From NCBI GenBank assembly GCA_900540395.1, contig UQFQ01000002.1, forward strand, positions 6,684-70,683: a stretch of 64,000 nt of DNA. Direction: 5' to 3'. Under the pieces are notes generated by a model. The model did not search any database. It was not told the origin of the DNA and was given only the letters and a program-made list of their open reading frames with translations. This DNA comes from an uncultured Mollicutes bacterium. GTDB lineage: Bacteria > Bacillota_I > Bacilli_A > RFN20 > CAG-826. Both the position numbers and the translations under genes were made by a program. Below are positions 17,459 to 26,281 of the stretch, one piece after another. Within the stretch, counting starts at the first letter, position 1. The number at the start of each line of letters is the position of its first letter.

Positions 17459-17918
17459 GTAACATGTAACTACGTTACATTGTTAGTAAATTCAATATTA
17501 AAAGCGATTAATATTTAATGGCTAAAAAACCTGATTCATTTCTTATTATGGAGAATCCATTGTTAAACAATATAGATGAAGAGACTTTAACTATTTTGAA
17601 AGTAACATGTAACTACGTTACATTGTTAGTATTTTGATATTAAAAGCATCTATTTTAAGCTCTAAAGATTTATTCCTTTGTTCAGTTGAGGAAATAACTG
17701 CCGAAACAACCCAAAGAATTGTATCTTTAATCGCTAAATTTAAAGTAACATGTAACTACGTTACATTGTTAGTAATTCAGCGTTAAAAATGGATGTTTTT
17801 TAAACGTTGAAACTTGACTTATTATTTTAAGTTAAAAATCCATTTCAAAACAAATATAAATAAATGCTAATTTTTACTTGTTATTTTAGGTAACATGTAA
17901 CTACGTTACATTGTTAGT
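17459..17918. repeat. Array of four identical 29-nt bulged palindromes (GTAACATGTAACTACGTTACATTGTTAGT) at a 143/143/145-bp period
   Basis: The cores lie at 17459-17487, 17602-17630, 17745-17773 and 17890-17918. About 15 further nt on the right flank are semi-conserved. The intervening ~115 nt are dissimilar by eye. Confidence 0.9.
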
Positions 17919-18316
17919 TTTTCAATATACTTTTTTAAGTATGAAATTACTAGATTATCAGCTGGAAGTAGATCAAGCTTTTTAACATCATCTAAATCGT
18001 TAAAACTAATCCATTTATATGATTCATGTTCTTTAAAAATGATGTGTTCATCTTCTAAAGAAACACAAAAAACATTCATCTTTAGATAAAAAGTAGTGTA
18101 GTCATATTCGACTTTGCACAGGAAGTTATCAACTTTTATTGAAGCATCTAATTCTTCTTTAATTTCTCTTTTAATGGCATCTTCTTTACTTTCGTCTTTT
18201 TCGATTTTACCACCCGGAAATTCCCATTTATCTTTATATTCTCCATAACCTCTTTGAGTTAATAAAATCTTTTTATCTTTAATTATTACTGCAGCACAAA
18301 CTTCAATTTCTTTCAT
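17906..18316 (-). CDS. NUDIX hydrolase (MutT-like)
   Basis: It has the NUDIX box GGKIEKDESKEDAIKREIKEELD. The last 4 codons and the stop lie inside repeat copy 4. Confidence 0.85.
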   Translation of the reverse strand: MKEIEVCAAVIIKDKKILLTQRGYGEYKDKWEFPGGKIEKDESKEDAIKREIKEELDASIKVDNFLCKVEYDYTTFYLKMNVFCVSLEDEHIIFKEHESYKWISFNDLDDVKKLDLLPADNLVISYLKKYIEKLTM

Positions 18317-18361
18317 AGCTTTTACAGTCTATCACACTAGCTTTTAGTTAAAAGATCAACT

Positions 18362-19030
18362 CTATTTAAGTGTCTTTTCAATGAATTCAGGAGTAATATC
18401 TTCTTTTTTGAATGAGTTATTTAAAGAGTAACAATGAATATATTCATTGAATGGATATTTCTTTGATAGTTCATCATATATTATTTTAGTTTGTTTCTTT
18501 TTGAGGCTTTTAAATCCAGATTGAGAGTAGATTGTTAAAAGAGTTTTGATGAATTCTTTATTCATTGAATGCATTAAGTAGTGGTCATAACGCGTTAAAA
18601 AGAATTTAAGTGGTTCGTCTTTTTTGTATTTATCTTTTAAGTATGTTTTACTTGCCGCAATCATATCAGCTACATACTCTAAAGAGTATTTAAAAGGAAT
18701 TTTAGTTAATATAAAGTCACCTTTAAATTCACTAATCCAATATTCATAGTGATGTTTATTATGATTGGTATGATGAGCAAAAATAGAAGAATATAAACCT
18801 TCGTTACGTCTTTCATTTACAATTGGTGAATAGTTTCCGCTAAAGTATTTAACACTAGGAAGAAATTCATTTCTAGAAAACTTAGATAAATCATGAACCA
18901 AGCCTAGATGTAATATTCCTAACTTATATGAATGAATTAATACTAAGTTTTTATGCTTTATAACGACACGCAAATGTTTAAAGAAATTTTTCATATAAAC
19001 AATTGTAACCCATTTATCTTTATTGTTCAT
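18362..19030 (-). CDS. Hypothetical protein with His-rich motifs (HDLSKF, HHTNHNKHHYEYW)
   Basis: It is a 222-aa intact ORF with metal-binding-looking His clusters. I cannot assign a family with certainty. Confidence 0.45.
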   Translation of the reverse strand: MNNKDKWVTIVYMKNFFKHLRVVIKHKNLVLIHSYKLGILHLGLVHDLSKFSRNEFLPSVKYFSGNYSPIVNERRNEGLYSSIFAHHTNHNKHHYEYWISEFKGDFILTKIPFKYSLEYVADMIAASKTYLKDKYKKDEPLKFFLTRYDHYLMHSMNKEFIKTLLTIYSQSGFKSLKKKQTKIIYDELSKKYPFNEYIHCYSLNNSFKKEDITPEFIEKTLK

Positions 19031-19398
19031 AAAAAGATGGAACTAATTTAAAAATGTAAAGAGTGCTAAACTTAATTTAATTGAAAAAAATTATTAATAA
19101 GCAAAAGTGTTAATTTTTAAATCAACAGGTGTTGTTTTCAGCAATTCTGTCTTTTATTTGTCTAAATTTTTGCTATGACAAATATGACAATTGTTGAAGA
19201 AAGAAGATTTTTCAAAATATTTGCAAATCTAATACTTTTTAATTTTATTGAAAATTTTTTGAAATAAAAATTAAATTACTCAATTTTAAACACTATCTTT
19301 TTTGTTTTTTTATTCTTGGAGTCGTGTTGTTATTATTTTTTTGAACAAATAAAAAAATTTTTATTTCAAATTAAACAAATTAAAAGAGGGATTTAAGT

Positions 19399-20240
19399 AT
19401 GATGAAAAGAAAATTTTTAGCAGTAATTTTACCTATCATAGGTTGTGCAACTGTCGTTGGTAGTGGATTTAGTGCTTGGTATTTCGTGATACGGTTACAA
19501 CAGGCGATTCTGGCTCAACAGCTATTAATGTTGAAGTTACTGACGAAATTAAAGATGCATCAGGCACTCTTAGTGTAGATCCAACAGCTTCAACTATTAC
19601 GAATAAGTTTTTAATCTTAGATCAAGGCGGTCCTAAAAATGATAGTCTTGACTCAGGAATTATGTTTGGAGATGAAGGTGCTACCGAAACTACAGCAACT
19701 AGCGAAAATGCAGGAACTATCGTAAATAAATGGGATTTTACCGTTAAATACGAAGGAGATGGACTTACTCTTGGTGAACTTTATGATGCCGGGTTAAGAA
19801 TCAGAATTAATTTGACTATTGCAATTAAAGGTGATTTAGGAAGAAAATACATTACTTTCCAAGATCCAGTTCCAACAGTCAAAGTTACTCCATCAGGTTT
19901 GACTGGAACTGATGACCCAGTAACATTGACAGGCGAAAGCACTAGTCCTATTAGAAGTGCTAATTATATCATTACTGATGACCAAGTAAATCGTAGTGAA
20001 ACAACCGCCAGTTGGAGATTTGAACTTGGAGTAGATACTCTAAAGAAAGGAAACGATTATTCAAACGCTTTATTAAAATATCAACAACGTGTTTACGCTG
20101 ATAACACTTATAAAGGTGGTAAACCTGGTGATGAAGGCGAACCACTAACAATGAAAACTGATTTGATAAACGATGATGAAGATCCATCAAAAATTGTATT
20201 TTCAGTTATCGCTTACATTGAAGACGATACAACTAAATAA
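19399..20240 (+). pseudogene. TasA/camelysin-like secreted subunit with SipW-cognate signal peptide; 1-nt frameshift at about 19485/19486
   Basis: AAGAGGG precedes ATG 19399, which gives MMKRKFLAVILPIIGCATVVGSGFSAWYF. The frame then shifts by -1 into ORF 19476-20240 (..DTVTTGDSGSTAINVEVTDEIKDASGTLSVD). Restoring one G gives WYFGDTV. Compare TasA GGGTWAAFND...ASGTLDLS. Confidence 0.65.
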
Positions 20241-20258
20241 TTAATAAACAAACATTTC

Positions 20259-20294
20259 GTGTGGACTTACCTTTAAGATAAGTCCACACTTTTA
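20259..20294 (+). terminator. Strong hairpin plus T-tract between the TasA-like gene and the signal peptidase gene
   Basis: GTGTGGACTTA-cctttaaga-TAAGTCCACAC is followed by TTTT. Confidence 0.8.
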
Positions 20295-20318
20295 CAAAAC
20301 AAAAAGGGTATTAAATAA

Positions 20319-21377
20319 ATGAATGGCCAAGAAATACTAGGTAATGTTGCTTTTTATGTTTCAATTGCAGTTGTTATTGGCATGGCAATCATGTTTTCTA
20401 TACTTTTTGCTATTTATGGATACTATAAAATTAAACATATTAATTACGGACATGAAGATGCTCAATTAGAGAAAACTTTACGTAATAGATATAAAGAGAT
20501 TATAGAAAGAAATAGTGAAGAAGGACTTAAAACAAAAACAATTGTAGATAAAGACAAAGTAAATGAACCAGACTATGTTATGGTTCAAAATATGAGAAAC
20601 GTCAAAACATTTACTCTTGTTGGTGAAAAAGAAGTTGAAAAGCCACTCGAACCTAAAACTGTTTTAGAAGCAATATTTGAAGAGAAACGTAAGTCAAAGA
20701 AATGGAGAGTTGTCTCTAATGTTTTCTTTGCGATTTTTTATGTTCTTCTTCTAATCTTGCTTGGATTTTCAATAGCTTTTAAAGTTACAAATCAACAATT
20801 ATATTTTGGTAACTCTGGTCTTGTTGCAATTTACACTGGTTCAATGGAATCAGTGAATGACGAAAATGAATATATCAAAGAACAAGGTTTAGAAGCTGCT
20901 GAAAATCGAATCATGCAATATTCACTAATTGGTGTGGATAAAGTAACATCTCCAGACCAAATGGAGCTTTATAAGATTTATGGTTATCGTACTCCTGAAG
21001 GTAATTTAATTGTTCACCGTTTAATCAGAATTTACACAAATCCAGAAACAAATGTAACTTATTATACTTTTAGAGGCGATGCTAACTCTGATTCTTTATC
21101 TTTTGAACTTGTCTTAACCTTTGATGACATTGAATGTGTATATAATGGATTCCAGAACTTCGGACTTGGTGTCACAACAATTTACTTACAATCAAATATT
21201 GGTTTAATCGCAATTTTGGCTGCTTTCTTGTTCTTAATTACATATCAATCAACTGAACATTTTATTGAAGTCGCTTATGATAAACGTACTCAAGAAATTG
21301 CTAAAAAGATTGATGGAAAAGAATATATTTTAGATTTACGTAACAAGAAAATGAAAAAAGTGGAGGAGAAGATATGA
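20319..21377 (+). CDS. SipW-type (ER/archaeal-type, Ser-His) signal peptidase I with long N-terminal extension
   Basis: It has the catalytic boxes YTGSMES, IVHRLIRI and FRGDANSDS (compare SipW SGSMEP / HR / GDNN). There are three TM segments. It is 352 aa versus about 190 aa for B. subtilis SipW. Confidence 0.75.
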   Translation: MNGQEILGNVAFYVSIAVVIGMAIMFSILFAIYGYYKIKHINYGHEDAQLEKTLRNRYKEIIERNSEEGLKTKTIVDKDKVNEPDYVMVQNMRNVKTFTLVGEKEVEKPLEPKTVLEAIFEEKRKSKKWRVVSNVFFAIFYVLLLILLGFSIAFKVTNQQLYFGNSGLVAIYTGSMESVNDENEYIKEQGLEAAENRIMQYSLIGVDKVTSPDQMELYKIYGYRTPEGNLIVHRLIRIYTNPETNVTYYTFRGDANSDSLSFELVLTFDDIECVYNGFQNFGLGVTTIYLQSNIGLIAILAAFLFLITYQSTEHFIEVAYDKRTQEIAKKIDGKEYILDLRNKKMKKVEEKI

Positions 21378-22729
21378 TTTCTCTCCGTAAGACTTTAGTT
21401 ACATTACTTGCCCCATTAGGTGCAGCCACAATTATTGGAACAGGGTTTGCAACCTGGAGTTTTGGACTTAAGGAAACCGTAATAGCTGATCCGATAACAA
21501 ATGATGTAAATATTACAGCAGAAGTTACAAATGGCAACATTGAAATACGTACTTGGCCAAACTTATTAGTTTTTTCTGAAGGCACTCAAGGAAGATATAA
21601 CCTTTTTGATGGCATAAATTTTTATACTGATAAAAAAATTGTTCAAGGAAGAGATTTAATTGTTTCAGGAAATACCGCGGGACATTTATTAAGCCTTGTT
21701 TATAGTAATGTTAATAATGAAAATACGCTATATTTTTCTTGGAAAGAAAATGCAGATAGTAATTTACCAATTACTGGTGAACTAACCAATTTTCTAGGTT
21801 CTAATGCTACAGAAGAGGTCCCATATACAGGTACATGGACTGGAACAACTGTTTCTGAAAATCAACAAGTAAATGTTCAAGTAGTTCTTAACAATGATAA
21901 TAGCGGTTCAATTGAATTAAGTACTATTAGAAACCAAGAAACTGAAACTTATTCTTCAAGTTTCAAATATTCTGAAACTCAAAGTGGTACTACCCCTGAT
22001 ATTACAGTTACAGATAGCACTTTTTCTTTTAGATATAAATATGATAATCCTGATTTGATTGACGAAAATGCAACTGGATATCATTTAAACGTCAGGATGA
22101 AATTAGCTCTTGAAACAGAGCCACCTTATGGGTTTACATTTAATTATGATTCTGAGCATGGAACATTGATATATGAAACAGCAAATAAAGCTATTAATCT
22201 TGTTTTAACAAAATCGGGTAACAATTATTCACTTTCGGCAAACGTTAATAGTAATAGACTTGTATTTAATATCGTTGAGTTTCCACCATCAATTAGTGGA
22301 GAAGAATTTCCTAGTGGAACTTATGTCGGTCATACCAAAGGAAGTATTATACCATGTACTTTAGTAATTGGTGAAAACTATAGTGCAACTTTAGAAATTG
22401 GAAAAATGGATAGCTATTTGTCAATCATTGATAGTTTTACTTCACGTTGTGATAAAGATGGCTATTTTAATATTTTTGGCGACAATGACAATGAAGGATA
22501 CGCTGAAACGTCTCTTCATATTGGCATAGATAAATCTGGGTTAGCTGAAGACAATAAAGAAAGATATATTGATTTTACTTGTCAATTGGCTAACTATTTA
22601 CGTTATGCTTCACCAGAAGTTAAGCCTATTGATTATCAAAAATATTTAGGTCTTACGGCGGCTTTAATTTTAGGGAATTGGACATTTAAGATTGAGGTTT
22701 GCGCTGATTTTACTTCAATAAGAGGTTAA
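21374..22729 (+). CDS. Secreted 451-aa protein with SipW-cognate-type signal peptide
   Basis: The N-terminus is MISLRKTLVTLLAPLGAATIIGTGFATWSFG. It then reads ..DVNITAEVTNG, resembling AINVEVTDE of the upstream subunit. Its ATG overlaps the peptidase stop (ATGA). Confidence 0.65.
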   Translation: MISLRKTLVTLLAPLGAATIIGTGFATWSFGLKETVIADPITNDVNITAEVTNGNIEIRTWPNLLVFSEGTQGRYNLFDGINFYTDKKIVQGRDLIVSGNTAGHLLSLVYSNVNNENTLYFSWKENADSNLPITGELTNFLGSNATEEVPYTGTWTGTTVSENQQVNVQVVLNNDNSGSIELSTIRNQETETYSSSFKYSETQSGTTPDITVTDSTFSFRYKYDNPDLIDENATGYHLNVRMKLALETEPPYGFTFNYDSEHGTLIYETANKAINLVLTKSGNNYSLSANVNSNRLVFNIVEFPPSISGEEFPSGTYVGHTKGSIIPCTLVIGENYSATLEIGKMDSYLSIIDSFTSRCDKDGYFNIFGDNDNEGYAETSLHIGIDKSGLAEDNKERYIDFTCQLANYLRYASPEVKPIDYQKYLGLTAALILGNWTFKIEVCADFTSIRG

Positions 22730-22733
22730 GATT

Positions 22734-25700
22734 GTGTTTAGAAGATTTAAAGGTTTATTAGCATTATTTGGAGTTATTTGTGTTGCAGCTGTTGCCGGCG
22801 GAACAGCGATGTTTTATTTTGGTTATAATGTTCATGACGAAAAAACTATTACCAATGATTCCGAAGAAGCTGATGGTAGTGGCGTTTTTGCCGACAATAT
22901 TTTAGAAAACTATGAGTTCGGCGCAAAAACTGACTTAAACGAAACTTACACATATTATTTTTATCCATCCACTCTTTACATGAGTAATGAGTTTTTTAAT
23001 GCTAACACAAATCCTGAAGATATTTTTGGTTATAACGAAGTAATTTTAGATGATAACGGAAATCCAGTTTTAGTGGATGGGCAACCACAATATGAGATTG
23101 TTACAGAAGGTATTAGTGGTATTAATGCAAATGGAACTAAGTATGATACTTATTATTATTATTTAACGAATTATTTAAATAGCCAAACAGATTCTTATTT
23201 ATATGGAGCTGTTATTGAGCCTAATTATAACCATACAAATAGAGCTGGGTCGACTACTACACCAGGCAATGTTTTTGCTTATGGTATTGGTTTTCGAAAA
23301 GATAGTGATAATGGCGATGATTATCACTTGCAAGGAATTGATGTTTCAATTAAAGACCCCTATATAGTCAATAACAAAAATACTGTCGCACTTGATGCTT
23401 TACTTAAAGACAATCTTAATATGGACTACTATGGCGATAAAAGAAAAGGTGGCACCAGTTATGATGAATATTATGATTTTATCTATGATCAAGGACTGAC
23501 AAGTGTTAATTATAACGATGAGGTACTTTCTCCTCAATACAATGATGATTTGCACGGCATTTCTTTAGAAATCACTACTGAAGGAGAGAGTCTTATATAT
23601 AATTTTGCTAACTATTATCAACGTGGTTCGAGTTCTAGAATTGATGGTAACACGCTTAGAGCTTCTGGCCATATAAACTATGACTATGGTTGGGAATTAG
23701 GTATGTGGGGCAATGATTATCTTGATCGTATTAATGATGGTACCCAATTAGTCGATCATTCTCCTTTTTATTATGATAGAGATAATATCAATATTTGTTC
23801 AATTAGTTTGGATGAAATATCAAGAAACCCTGAATTAGGAACGTGGTTTACTAGTTCAAATGACGGCAACGATGTTACTTTAGCTTTTACAAGTTTTAAT
23901 GGTAGTCAAGGCACTGGTTATATAGCAGATAGTGGTGGTTATAGACGAACTACTTTTACTTATCGAAAAAATGATGAGACTATTACTTTTAATACTTCAG
24001 AACATAATATTGAAGGTAGTCTTACAATTAGTGCTTCTAACCCTCTGGATCAAATGATAAATCGTGCTCAATATCGTAATGATCGTTTTGGCTTTTGGAC
24101 ATCTTTTTACGATTGGGACGACGATAGCAATAAAAACTTTAAAATCGAAAATTCAGCTAGTCGATATTTACCAATTAAAATTACTGTTAATGGTAATTTG
24201 ACTCCTGATGATATGGCTAAAGTCATTCCAACACTCTCGGCTTCAATGCCAGATGATAACATGTGGTTTGACTTTACTTCCAATGTTTGGACATATGTTC
24301 CTACCGATGATAATGGTAAATATAACTTTAATGTAAGGGAATATACGACTGGAACTGGCGGATTTACAGCAAAGGATATTACTTATATTTTTGATATTAT
24401 GCAAAATCCTTCTAAATATGCAGACAAAGATGGAAATATAAGATTATTCCCTGTATTTAGCAATGGTAAAAATAAGGGAAACGATGCTGAAAACGGTGGA
24501 GCTGATGCTATACAAGCTTCATTCACTTATAAAGATGGTTTTAGTCCAACAATTAATGATGATTTATTGCCATCTTCTACAAAAATGACTTATTCAACGT
24601 TTGATTATCAATATGGTGATTTCTATAACTACCCTGTAAACTATGCAGTTTTGAAAAATGTCGAAATTACTAAAAATAAATATGAACAGTTAACAATTCG
24701 TATTGATACAACTTATACTAATTCCCGGTGGTCAGGAAATTGGATTGATTTATATACTTTTAGTGGTAATGCTTTAAATTCATTTATTTCAACTTATGGT
24801 GAAGGACTTTATACATTCTATTTATTTGTTGGAGCTAGGGCGACAAATGAAGATCGCGGTGACACTCCTTTTCCAGATGTGAATGGGCAAAGTTTAATAG
24901 AACGTATTGTAAATTACAATGTGACAGGGAACGAACTCCATGATAAATATCTTTTACCACTTTCTGTTAATAACGATGGATCAATTGGTGTTGGTGGAGT
25001 AAATAATGTTTCGGAGAGAGCTGGATATAAATATGCCTATATTGATAATTTTGGATTAAATACTGGTCCAAGAGTACGTCCAGTTGCTCTTGCTATCGAA
25101 AAAGTTACTAATTTAAGACTTGTTTCTGATATTCCAATTAAGGAGGATTCTAATGGTAATCCATCAGTAGATCAAGATTGGGGCGATATCGATAATAATC
25201 TTGAACAAGGTTTATTAAACGCCAAAAACTTTACTATAGCAGATGAAGTTTACGGCATTAATGATCCGACGACTTATGAAAATGGCTTGACACAAGATGA
25301 TTTAGATGAAAGTAAAAGATTGGACACAAATAACCCATACATTTATGTAATTCAAAATGCTGATTTTAGATTTGTAAACAATCTTTACTTCCAAATCAGA
25401 TTCTCTAATTCATATATTAATAACGCTATGAATGTTGTGACTGATTATAGCGGTGTCGAAGACACAGATGAAACTCCAAAATATGTAGCTTATTCTATAA
25501 GTGGACAAATTATGACTTTCAAATTTCAAGATAGTAAAGATGATGATGTTTTTATTAGTAATGTTTCTGCTGAAGGCGTTTCTGCTGAAGGCGGCACAAG
25601 TAAAAGACAAGGATTTAAACTTAAGGATTATAATGCAAGAGGAATTTATGATATTCTTTTAGTCTCAACTGGTACTACAGGCGGCAGACAATATTACAAC

Positions 25701-26225
25701 ATGTATATCAATCGTCATACAAATAGTTTCATTAAATTATTCTATGGAAATCCAGGAACATTTAGATTTAACGGAACTGGTGCTGGAGAAGATGGTAATA
25801 TCTTCGTTTCGCATAAAATACCTAGCGAATTACGTGATGATAGAAGTGATTCCTATCAAATGAGAGAAATAAACTCAACTCTTTTATGGAATGGACAAAC
25901 TTATTTAGGCGAATATTTAACGACTAGTACGACGGGTATTCGTTATTCTCGTGTTGGAGATAATGAAGAGCAAGTAGATCCTTCTTCTGATGCTTCTTTA
26001 TATGCAGCTATAAGAGATAAATGCCGTTTAACCCCAGGCGAAGATAATGTTTATAAAATTATAGATGCTGTTACTGGAAGAGTAGTTGCTTACTATAATA
26101 GTGGTGTAGGAAGAATATTTACTAGCGAAGGATCAACTGGTAGTGGTGATAGTAGTGATGCAATTAACTTATTCACTATTATGAAGAACTACGTACTTTA
26201 TATTGACCCTTCCCCTGTTCAATAA
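22734..26225 (+). CDS. Secreted 1163-aa N/D/Y/G-rich protein with SipW-cognate-type signal peptide
   Basis: The N-terminus is MFRRFKGLLALFGVICVAAVAGGTAMFYFG. The GTG start lies 4 nt after the previous stop, with AGAGG upstream. I recognise no catalytic motif. Confidence 0.65.
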   Translation: MFRRFKGLLALFGVICVAAVAGGTAMFYFGYNVHDEKTITNDSEEADGSGVFADNILENYEFGAKTDLNETYTYYFYPSTLYMSNEFFNANTNPEDIFGYNEVILDDNGNPVLVDGQPQYEIVTEGISGINANGTKYDTYYYYLTNYLNSQTDSYLYGAVIEPNYNHTNRAGSTTTPGNVFAYGIGFRKDSDNGDDYHLQGIDVSIKDPYIVNNKNTVALDALLKDNLNMDYYGDKRKGGTSYDEYYDFIYDQGLTSVNYNDEVLSPQYNDDLHGISLEITTEGESLIYNFANYYQRGSSSRIDGNTLRASGHINYDYGWELGMWGNDYLDRINDGTQLVDHSPFYYDRDNINICSISLDEISRNPELGTWFTSSNDGNDVTLAFTSFNGSQGTGYIADSGGYRRTTFTYRKNDETITFNTSEHNIEGSLTISASNPLDQMINRAQYRNDRFGFWTSFYDWDDDSNKNFKIENSASRYLPIKITVNGNLTPDDMAKVIPTLSASMPDDNMWFDFTSNVWTYVPTDDNGKYNFNVREYTTGTGGFTAKDITYIFDIMQNPSKYADKDGNIRLFPVFSNGKNKGNDAENGGADAIQASFTYKDGFSPTINDDLLPSSTKMTYSTFDYQYGDFYNYPVNYAVLKNVEITKNKYEQLTIRIDTTYTNSRWSGNWIDLYTFSGNALNSFISTYGEGLYTFYLFVGARATNEDRGDTPFPDVNGQSLIERIVNYNVTGNELHDKYLLPLSVNNDGSIGVGGVNNVSERAGYKYAYIDNFGLNTGPRVRPVALAIEKVTNLRLVSDIPIKEDSNGNPSVDQDWGDIDNNLEQGLLNAKNFTIADEVYGINDPTTYENGLTQDDLDESKRLDTNNPYIYVIQNADFRFVNNLYFQIRFSNSYINNAMNVVTDYSGVEDTDETPKYVAYSISGQIMTFKFQDSKDDDVFISNVSAEGVSAEGGTSKRQGFKLKDYNARGIYDILLVSTGTTGGRQYYNMYINRHTNSFIKLFYGNPGTFRFNGTGAGEDGNIFVSHKIPSELRDDRSDSYQMREINSTLLWNGQTYLGEYLTTSTTGIRYSRVGDNEEQVDPSSDASLYAAIRDKCRLTPGEDNVYKIIDAVTGRVVAYYNSGVGRIFTSEGSTGSGDSSDAINLFTIMKNYVLYIDPSPVQ

Positions 26226-26246
26226 ATATTTTTAAAAAAAGAAATT

Positions 26247-26276
26247 AAAGCCCGGTCTTGTTTGACCGGGCTTTTA
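26247..26276. terminator. Bidirectional terminator between convergent genes
   Basis: AAAGCCCGGTC-ttgtt-(t)GACCGGGCTTT is flanked by A-runs and T-runs. Confidence 0.8.
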
Positions 26277-26281
26277 ACAAT

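Noticed and set aside
17459-17918. CRISPR array interpretation of the four 29-nt repeats
   Set aside because: The 'spacers' are 114-116 nt, far longer than in known CRISPR arrays. There are only four repeats and no cas genes in the window. The last repeat is part of a protein-coding gene end. I kept it as a finding of another kind.
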